A DNA stretch of 64,000 nucleotides from an uncultured delta proteobacterium (GTDB lineage: Bacteria > Desulfobacterota > Binatia > UBA9968), in contig CAVXEP010000022.1 in assembly GCA_963760795.1 (NCBI GenBank), positions 96,001 through 160,000 on the forward strand, written 5' to 3'. A program made the translations under genes and the position numbers. The notes below the pieces were generated by a model. The model was given only the letters and a program-made list of their open reading frames with translations, searched no databases and had not been told where the DNA came from. Of this stretch, positions 54,766-64,000 are shown in pieces (the first letter of the stretch is position 1; the number at the start of each line of letters is the position of its first letter).

Positions 54766-57700
54766 TTAATCTGACGCCACGCCGCGCCGCTCCTCCACCG
54801 CGTCGACGATCGCTTGGTGAATATCCTCCGCCGCCCGTTCCTTGGTAACGCAGGTGAAGGCGCCGGCAGCTTTCATCTTTTGCGCTACCTCCGCACCGTT
54901 ATCGAAGGACAGTCCAACCACGATCGTCGACGGCATTTCTTGGAGAATTAACTTGGTCGCTTCGATGCCGTTCATGCGCGGCATGTTGACGTCCATCACG
55001 ACCACGTCGGGTCTAAACTCGCGCGCCAACTCGACGCCTGCCAAGCCGTCATTGGCTTCGCCGACCACCGTAAGGTCGGGGTATTCCTCGATCATTTGGC
55101 GCATGCCCCGGCGCACCACCGTATGATCGTCCACCAGCGCGATACGTAACTGTTTTCCGTTCCCCAGGACCGCGCTGGTTTGCACGGTGCCATGGGCAAG
55201 CGCCGGCGCCATTTCGCTTGGCGGCGCCGGCAAGGTAAATCGTACCCTCGTTCCACGCCCCGGCTGCGATGTCACTTCGAGTTTGCCGCCGGACAACTCC
55301 AATCGTTCGCGGATGCTAAACAGTCCGAACTTCTCCACGCCGTTACCGTTTGCGTGCAGACTCTCTACGTCAAATCCCCGGCCATCATCAGCGACTTCGA
55401 TAGTCAACTCACCATGCTCGATTTTATAGGAAACCAGCGCTTGATTGGCCTGCGCATGCTTGACGATATTCCACAGCAGCTCGCGCGTGCATTGATAAGC
55501 CAGCACGGAACATTCTTCGTCCAAGACGAATCCTTCGGCCGCGCCGCTAATCTCGATCTTGAGTCCATGCCTTTCCTGCTGTTGGGCGGCGAGCCAGGTG
55601 AGCGCCGCGGGCAATCCTAGTTCGTAAAGCATCCGCGGACTCAGTTGGGCCATCAGCGAGCGCGTATAAGCGATCGATTCGTCCACCGACTCCATCGCCT
55701 CGGCCAAGCGTTGCTTCAACGCGTCACCCGCGGCGAGCCTTTCCGCCCGGCCGATATTCAATCGGCTGACGGTCAGCATCTGCGCCAGATAATCGTGCAG
55801 CTCCACGGCCAGCCGGCGCCGCTCACGCTGCTCGGTCTTGGTGATGTCCGCCACTAGCGAGCGCAGGCGCGTTTGCGACTCGGCCAATTCCCGCGTTCGT
55901 TCGACGACCCGGCGATCCAGGTCTTCGGTCAGTTTGCGCAACGCTTCTTCCGCGCGTTTGCGCTCGGTGATATCGAGTACGGCACCGACGGTGCGCGCCG
56001 GCCTGCGGCCGTCGCCGCTGCCTTCAAAAAAAACTTGCGCTCTAATCATAATCCAGCCGAGGCTGCCGTCGCTCCGAATAACCCGGCACTCCAGGGAAAA
56101 TTGGCCGTCGCCCGCGCGCTCACGGGACCGCTGCGCGGCGATGACTGTCGTCCGGTCATCAGGGTGTATTTTAGCCATAAATTCGCCCAGGCTACCCTTC
56201 CGATCTTCAGACAATGCCAATATTCTTCTTAACATGGGCGAGTAATGCACTTCATCGGAATCATGATCGCGCTCGAATATCCCGAGGTTCGCCACGTCGA
56301 CAGCCTGGTGCAGCAACGCCTCAGTTTTCTTTAAGGTAGCGACGGCCTGCTGCAACTCGGCGGTTCGCTCCTCAACGCGGAGCTCAAGCTCGTCATAGGC
56401 CTGACGGAGCGCCTCCTCAGCTCTTTTTCGCTCGGTAATGTCGAGCACCGTACCCGCCATGCGCAGCTCATTGCCGCTCGCATCGCGGAACAATTCGCCG
56501 CGCCAATGAACGAAACGAATCTCGCTATTCGGATGCACGACCCGAAACTCGATATCGCAGTGGGTTGTCCCATTGAATGCCAAGCGCAAATACTCCTGGA
56601 CTCGCGACCGGTCGTCGGGATGAATCCGGTTGACCCAGCTATCGTAACTCGACGCGACCGAACCGGGCTCGTAACCGAGAAGACGATAGTTTTCATCAGA
56701 CCAAGTGTTTCGGCCGGTTTGGAAATCCCACTCCCAGCTGCCAAGGTGAGCGATCGCCTGGGCATCAACAAGATGTTGCTCGATCTGGCGCAACGCTTCC
56801 TCTGCCAGTTTGCGCTCGGTGATATCGGTCGAGGCGCCGAGCACCTGGGTCGCGCGGCCCGTCTCATCCAGTAGGGGTCGTTTAACGGTTTGCAGCCACC
56901 GTTGCCGGCCACTCGAGTCCGTGATGGTTTGTTCTGGTATGAACATTTCTTGCAGCGTGTCCATCACTTGAAGATCCATTTTGCGGTTATACTCCACCTC
57001 GGCGGCATTGGAGTTGAAGTCCGCGTCGGTTTTGCCGACAAGGTTTTCCACGGTGGTGCCATAGGCATCTGCCAAAGCTTTGTTCACCAGTCTATAACGT
57101 CCCTGGTAATCTCGGACAAAAATAAAGTTCGGATCGGTATCGATAATCTGGCGAATCTGGTCATGCGACTTTTGCAGTTGCTGATGAGCCTGGTAGCGGT
57201 CAACCTCGCCGCCGATCCATACCGCCATGAGCCTGAGAAAATCCTTATCGGAATCGCTAAATTGTCCTCGATACGGCAATGGGCCGTAAAAGCAGAGGGT
57301 GCCGTAGAGCGCGCCGTTGATGACTATTTTGGTTCCCATGAACGATTCCACACCCAGGGTGAGGTAACCGGCATGGTGGCGCCATGCCGAGGCGGCGATA
57401 TGCTCGTTACAAAGCGGCTCATTTGCCTCGACAACATAGCTGCAATAGGAAACACGTAGCGGTAATCTCATTCCTGGCGAAAGGTTGCCGTCCGGAGGAT
57501 GAGCGCAGAGAATTTCCAGCTCGTCACCCTGGAGAAATGTCAACACCCCAGAAGGGAAGATCAAAACGCGCGCAGCCGAACGCAAGCAGTGCGCGCACTC
57601 GCTCAGCAAAGGAAAGTTCAATGGCGTTGGTTATCTCGTACAGCCGACGGATGCTCTGTTCGCTGGCAGTAACCGCCAACTCCGCCTGCTTGCGCGCGGT

Positions 57701-60544
57701 GATGTCGAGCACGCTTCCCACGGATCGTAGGGCTCGTCCGTCGTCGTCGTAGAAGGTCTCACCGCGTTGGTCCACCCATTTGACGCGGCCATCGGCCAGC
57801 AGCACGCGGTGAGTAATTTGGTACGGCGCGTGGTCGCGCTCGGAATCGCTATAAGCTTGATCGACCGACCGCCGGTCATCGGGGTGGACCAGGTTGAGAA
57901 ATGATTTAGCTGAGGCGCCAAACAGAGTCGGATCGATTTCAAAGATGCGAAAAATTTCGTCAGACCAGTCGAGACGATTTGTCAGCAGGTCTAACTCCCA
58001 ACTGCCCATCTGCCCGATGCGCTCCGCCTCGACCAACTGGCGATCCCGTCGCCGCAGCGCTTCCTCTATCTGTTTGCGATCAGTAATGTCGCGCATGATG
58101 GCGCAATTATACTCCTCGTCTTCATACACTATGTAGTTGACGGTAAGTTCGGTCGTCAGAGGCCTGCCGTCCTTGGTCCGATGAGTGGATTCGAACTTTA
58201 ACGAGCCATTTTGCTTGAGATCTTGCCAGTGCGCCGGCCACACTTCGGCAGGGAAGCTCGGATTGATCTCGGGCACTGTCTTGCCAACAAGCTCCTCACG
58301 GGCGTAACCGAGTATCCTGCACGCGGCATCGTTTGCATAAACAATTTCGGCCGACGGGAGAATCCAGAATATCCCGTCCACGGCGCGGTCCATGCTAAAT
58401 TGCGTGAGCCGGAGCGATTTTTCCGTGCGCTTACGCTCAGTGATGTCGCGCAGCGACAGTGATACGCCAACCAGCTTACCGCTGGCGTCCCGAACCGGCG
58501 ACTGAGCCACTGAAACATCGATCACCTTGCCATCTCGTCCGAGGCGCACCGTGTCACGGGGTAACGACTGAACTCCTTGGTTGATCTCGCTCGCCGTTGC
58601 GCCACCTCAGCCAGCTTGTCAGGCGGAATCAGAAAATCGATGTTTTTCCCAACAACCTCATCGGCCTTGTAGCCAAACAACCGTTCGGCAGCGGGATTCC
58701 AAGTAAGAATCTTAAGGTCGAGATCCCGGCTAACGATCGCGTCCCCTGAGTTCTCAACGATCGCCGCCAGCCGGGCGCGCTCTAGTTCGTTGCGCTTCCG
58801 CCGAGTAATATCGGTGAGGATTCCGTCCCACACCATGCTACCATCGGGCTGGCGCGGCTCGGGCACCGAATGGCCCCTGAGCCATCTCAGCGAACCGTTC
58901 GATAAACGGAAACGCCCCTCAAACTCCCATGGCAGCATCGTCTGCGCGGAACGCACAATGGAGGCTGGTCAACGCTGCTTGATCCTCGGCAAGCATGGCA
59001 TTCCAAAATAGCGAGAAGTCATTCACCACCGCCGCCGCCGAGTGTCCAATGAGATCTTGAATACCGTCACTTATCGACATAAAACCTTGAGTGCCGTCGG
59101 CGCTCAGCTGGTATTGGTACACCGCTCCAGGAATGGTGTCGGTGATCCGGCGCAATTTTTTTTCGCTTGCCAACAACGCCTGTTCGGCGGCTTTGCGCTC
59201 GCGCAGGTCCATCGCGATGCCGCCGAGCAATCGGCTGCCGTCGGCATCGACAATGGGAAACTTCAGTACCCACCAGTCCTGGGGTCGGCCGTTCTTGTCC
59301 AGTACCGTCTCGAAACCCTCGGTCGCGTGACCGGCTTCGAGAGCGCGTCGATCACTGGCGGCAAACATATCGGCGTTGTCACGTGGCCAGAGCTCGGCGT
59401 CAGTCTTGCCGCGCCAGTCGACGGTATAGAGATCCTCCCAAGTCTTGTTCACATAGACATAGCGGCCAAGCTCATCTTTGATGAACGCAATTGTCGGGCT
59501 TCGGTCCATGAACGCCCGAAAGCGTTCTTCGCTTACGCGCAATGCTGTTTCCGCCTGAATGCGCTCCGTGATTGTCGCGTCGAGCGCGGCGGCGGTATTC
59601 TTCCAGCGTACTCGCAATCTACGCTCATGCAGGTAGGCCAAAAGAAGCAACACTATCAGTCCGACGGCAGGGACCAGGTATTTTAGAATACTCTCCATGG
59701 TTAGCGGCGCAGGCTCCAGGCGACCGAACCATTTGCCGTAGAGCACGTCGTAGGCGCCGCTAGCGCGGACGTTGGCCAAGCCGTCGTTGATCCGGGCCAA
59801 GAGTTCGGCGTTGCCCTTGCCCACGGCGAATGCGAAATCCTGCTGGTAACCCACTTTGAGTTGGAGCGGCTGGATATTGGCGAGCTTCAGTTCCCGGATG
59901 GTATTGAGGCCGACCAGCCGCCCAACCAACATGGCGTCGTGCTTGGTGGAGGTCGCGAGCAACTTCATGCCGCTGGCGGCCGTGTCGACCAGCGTTAGAT
60001 TGCGCCAACTGCGCCGGCGCGCATACTCCTGGGCCAGATCTGCTCTTATAATGATCAGCGACTGGCGCGCCAGGTCATCCTCGGACTTGATTCGGCTGTC
60101 ACCTGTGCGGGTAAAGACTGCGCCGGCCATCTTGACATGCGGCACGGAAAAATCGGCGAAGCGCCGGCGCTCATCGGACTGCGCGAGATTGATCAGCACA
60201 TCGATCTCGCCGCTCTTAAATTGATCGAGTAGCTGGTGAAAGGGGCCGGTCTTAATCGTCGCGTCCAGGCGTGCCTCGCGGGCGACCGCCTCCCACAACT
60301 CGGCGGTAAAGCCATCGGCCCTGCCATCTTCGCGCACCAACGCAAAGGGTGGAAAATCGAGCTCGCTGCCGACGATCAAAGGCGTCTTCGGCGACGAATC
60401 GGCGGCCAGCGCCAACGGAACCGCCGACAGACAAAGCGCCAATACCGAGCATCCAATGCGCCGCCGAAGCGACCTTGGCACCGCAACACGGGAAGCGATC
60501 ACAGACCCGTGGCCATGCATGACAGACTTGATTGTTGAAATCAT
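54766..60544 (-). CDS. Giant hybrid sensor kinase: periplasmic amino-acid-binding domain, many PAS, GAF, HisKA_3, REC; frameshifts near 58965, 58560 and 57540
   Basis: Four overlapping ORFs with continuous domain content; DFPPF binding-domain motif, RLAVELHDYLAQ, DDGRGFD, VMDVNMP. Confidence 0.8.
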
Positions 60545-60724
60545 CAGGCGCTCCCCCAGAGTTCATGGTTGAGTCGATTACTGAATCTACCGGGGCCTGG
60601 CCGGGTTGGCAAGAAAACTTTTGGGTTTTCCCAATCATCGGGTGGTTATTTTCTTGACGGTGCGGATTGTTATCGACTACAAAGCCTCAAGAAGATTTTT
60701 CCTGATCAGGAAAGGAAGCCAATC

Positions 60725-62183
60725 ATGGCCGACGAAAACACCCTCAGCCGCCGTAAATTTATCGGCGCAGTCGCCGCAGTCGGAGCCGTAGGGCTGTCCG
60801 CGTGCGCGACGAATTCGCAACCTTCCTCGCGTTTGTGGGCGGCGGATCGCACCTCCGGCAAGCTCCCGCCGCGCGGCGAGTTCGTCGTGCGCAATGCCTA
60901 CATCGTCACCATGGACCCTAAGTTGGGCGACATCCCCAACGGCGATGTCCATGTGCGCAATGGCGCGCTGGTCGCTGTAGGCGCGAATTTGAATGCGCCC
61001 GGCGCCGAAGTCATCGACGGCCGCAACCGCATCGCTTGCCCCGGCTTCATCGATACCCACTTTCATCTCTGGGGCAGCTTCGCCCGCGGCGTGGTCGCCG
61101 ACGGCGACTTCGATTACTTTCCGGTCATGAGCAAGTTGGGTCCGGTGATGACGCCGGAGGACGCCTACGCCAGCGCTCGGCTCGGCATTACCGAAGCGAT
61201 TTATTCCGGGCTGACGACGATTCACGATTGGTCGCATAATATTATCGACGGCAGGTACGCCGACGCCGACCTGCGCGCGCTGCGCGACTGCGGCATCCGC
61301 GCGCGCTTTTCCTACGGCTACAGCCGCAACTTGCAGGCGAAACCCAAAGAGACCGCCGATTTCAACGACATCGCGCGGGTCAAGCGGGAATGGATGGGCG
61401 CGTCCAACGAAGGTCTTTTGACCATGGGCTTCGCCTCCCGCGGCGCCGGCGACACGCCGCCGGAGGTTTACCGTAAAGAATGGGAGTACGCCCGCAGCCT
61501 CGGCTTGCCGATCACCCAGCATGCCGGACGCTCTCTGGCGGAGATCAAGCGCTTCCGACGCATCGAAATGCTCTACAACGACAAGCTTCTGGGCCCCGAC
61601 GTTCAGCTCATTCACACCTACAGCGCGTCGGAAAAAGAACGGGCCATGATGGCGGAGACCAAAGTGCACAATAGCATCGCGCCTTACACCGCCTCGCGCT
61701 TGGCCTCTGGACTGCCCTACCTCGGCGATTTATTGAAGCGCGGCGTGCAGTGCAGCTTATCGGTGGACACCACGACGGTGGGCGGCAACGCCGACATGTT
61801 TAGCATCATGCGCTTGATGCTTCAGCTCAATCACCTGCGCTCGATGGACGTGATGGAAGTGCAGCCGCGCAGAGTTTTGGAACTGGCCACCCTCGACGGC
61901 GCAAAAGACCTCGGCATCGCCGACCGCACCGGCTCGCTGACGCCGGGCAAGCGCGCCGATTTAATTTTAGTGCGAACCAATGACATCAATGTCGCGCCAT
62001 TCATCAATCCGGCGCTGTCTACTCGTCCAGCAGGCCAATCCGTACAACGTCGACACCGTCGTGATAGACGGCAGAATTCTCAAACACAAAGGCGAGTTGG
62101 TCACCATCGACACCGAGGAGGTGATTAACAAAGCGGCGGAAGCCTTCCACGCGGCCAGAAAGAGAGCCGGTGGCCCGTACTGA
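60725..62183 (+). CDS. Amidohydrolase-family Tat lipoprotein; frameshift near 62020
   Basis: LSRRKFIG Tat motif, LSAC lipobox, PGFIDTHFH, GSLTPGKRAD; C-terminus NVDTVVIDG in ORF 61980-62183. Confidence 0.85.
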
Positions 62184-62207
62184 TCGCCACCGAATCCGTC
62201 AGCCCCT

Positions 62208-63200
62208 ATGCGAAGTCGCGCGCCGTCCTTGTTGCTGGTTTGGATCGTTATCGGATCGATAGCGATTTGCGCCCATGCCCAGGAGACGCTGCGCGTACCC
62301 TACGGCGTGACCACATCATTGCAGCATCTGCCGGTGCTCGTCGGCAAAGACAGCGGTCTGTTCGCCAAGCAGGGTCTCAACGTCGAGCCCATTCATATCC
62401 GCGGCGGCGCGCTGATCACCACCATGATCATGAGCGGCACCGTGCAGTTCTCCGGCGCCGGAGCCGAATCGGTGGTTTCGGCGCGCATCGAAGGCGGCGA
62501 CGTTGCGCTGATCGCCTGCCCCGCCGATACCGATGTGGTTTACTTTGTCGCTCGGCCGGAATTCAAAACCGCGCAAAGCCTCAAGGGCAAGAGCAGCGCC
62601 GTCACCCGGCTCGGTTCGACGACTCATTTCTATTTGCGCGCGGCGCTGCGCTCCCTGGGACTGGACCCGGAAAAAGACATGACGATTCTCCAACTGGGCG
62701 GCGGCAGCGAAATCGTCACGGCAATGCGCAGTGGCAGAGTCGCGGCCGCGGCGCTCCCCTACCGCAATACTTACAGCCTGATTCAATCCGGCTGGCCTCT
62801 CTTGGTCGATCAATCGACGGCAAATTTCGTCTATCCATCGTCCTGCGTTGCCACTAGCCGGAGTTATATCAAGAACAATCCGGCCATCGTCGAGCGTTTT
62901 CTCAAAGCCTATGTCGAAGCGACGCGGCTAATCAAGAAAGACAGCGCCTTGGTCGAACAGGTCATTAAGAAATGGCACCGCGAAACCGACGCCGCCTTTA
63001 TCAAAAAGACCGCCGAAGTTTACGCGCGGATTTTTAAGCCAATCCCCTACGTTTCCGATCAAGGGTTAGACATCGTGGTCAAAGAGATTGCCGGGCGGCG
63101 CCCAGTATCGAAAGAGTTTTTCGGCAGACCGGAACTGTTCCGCGATCACGGCCCACTGGACAGACTCGTCAAGGACGGTTCGCTCGAACGCGCTCCGTAA
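62208..63200 (+). CDS. ABC transporter substrate-binding protein (NMT1/THI5/SsuA-like)
   Basis: Signal peptide, GLFAKQGL, LKGKSSAVTRLGS, GLDPEKD. Confidence 0.85.
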   Translation: MRSRAPSLLLVWIVIGSIAICAHAQETLRVPYGVTTSLQHLPVLVGKDSGLFAKQGLNVEPIHIRGGALITTMIMSGTVQFSGAGAESVVSARIEGGDVALIACPADTDVVYFVARPEFKTAQSLKGKSSAVTRLGSTTHFYLRAALRSLGLDPEKDMTILQLGGGSEIVTAMRSGRVAAAALPYRNTYSLIQSGWPLLVDQSTANFVYPSSCVATSRSYIKNNPAIVERFLKAYVEATRLIKKDSALVEQVIKKWHRETDAAFIKKTAEVYARIFKPIPYVSDQGLDIVVKEIAGRRPVSKEFFGRPELFRDHGPLDRLVKDGSLERAP

Positions 63201-63295
63201 CGCGGGAACGGGCTTAAGGAGCTGAGAGTAAGTAGCTCTGCGGTCCCGGACTCCGCACTCTTTACTCCAGACTACTTAGTCGTGACTTTTTAAGG

Positions 63296-64000
63296 CTACT
63301 TTCCGCCAAACACCTTGGCTAAAAACCCTTCCTTCTCCAATTCAGCGACATACTTGTACAAGACATAATCCTTCGCTTGTATATCTCTGGCCTCAGGGCG
63401 GTTCCTTTTTAAGATCTGCGCGGTGAACTCGACGCCTTCGAGGGTCGGATAAGGTTTGGTCGGAAAGGTTTTACTGTAGTAGCGGTAGGTTTCTTCCAGC
63501 TGGTCTTTTTGCTTCTCCGGGTCGAGGCGCAAGTATTGGCCAATGGATTTTAAAACTTGTGGCTTCTTCGCCGGATCTTTCCACAGGCTCAGTCCTTCGA
63601 TAAGCGCGCGCAAGGTGCGCATGGTCAGGTCGGGATTACGATCGAGAAAATCCTTGGTGGCGACAATCAGTTGGTGGGCGTAGGGAACCCCGGAGTCCGA
63701 CAGATCGATGACTTCGTTGAAACCCAATTGCCGGCCGGCCAGATTGAGCGGCGGGCTGACGATGGCGGCATCGACCACTCCAGCTTTCAACGCCGCGAAG
63801 CGCTCGCTCTGACCGCCGCCCTGCAAAATAATCACATCCTTGTCGGGCTTGAGTCCATATTTCTCCACCGCGGCGCGCGCCGCCGTATCGGACGACGAGC
63901 CGTAGCGACTGATGACGATCTTCTTGCCGCGCAAGTCCGCCGGCGCCTTGATCTCGGGGCGGGAAAGAATAAGGAACGGGAAGGTGTTGATCATGCCGCC
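63296..64000 (-). CDS. ABC substrate-binding protein (NMT1/SsuA-like), 5'-partial
   Basis: DLRGKKIVISRYGSSSD, GLKPDKDV; the open frame runs off the window end. Confidence 0.85.
   Translation of the reverse strand, partial: GGMINTFPFLILSRPEIKAPADLRGKKIVISRYGSSSDTAARAAVEKYGLKPDKDVIILQGGGQSERFAALKAGVVDAAIVSPPLNLAGRQLGFNEVIDLSDSGVPYAHQLIVATKDFLDRNPDLTMRTLRALIEGLSLWKDPAKKPQVLKSIGQYLRLDPEKQKDQLEETYRYYSKTFPTKPYPTLEGVEFTAQILKRNRPEARDIQAKDYVLYKYVAELEKEGFLAKVFGGK

Overview
GC-rich bacterial chromosome segment; gene order and content suggest a Deltaproteobacteria-like, possibly Binatia-type, organism (inference). 1-2.1 kb: TPP-enzyme and dehydrogenase genes. About 2.3-17.2 kb: a visibly AT-richer accessory region built around tRNA-Leu(UAA). 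The only intact tRNA (6891-6979, minus) lies between two convergent tyrosine integrases, with an orphan 3' half at 3791-3850 and an orphan 5' half at 17178-17219. The island cargo is small ORFs punctuated by a recurring CGGCGCC junction motif and a reiterated TTGCTT-N18-TAGAAG promoter-like element. 17.3-51.2 kb: housekeeping genes, mostly minus strand (hppA, tatC, rpsT, lptE, leuS, nusB, rib genes, nrdR, glyA, rpiB, acpP, fabG, fabD, plsX, rpmF, queG, ruvCAB, yebC, rlpA, acnA). This block includes an NtrY-like kinase followed by an in-frame receiver-LpxC fusion, the top candidate for an undescribed system. 51.4-64 kb: two paralogous multi-PAS hybrid kinases, an amidohydrolase and two ABC substrate-binding proteins. 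Many single-base frameshifts, including in essential genes, point to assembly indel errors, so pseudogene calls are tentative.
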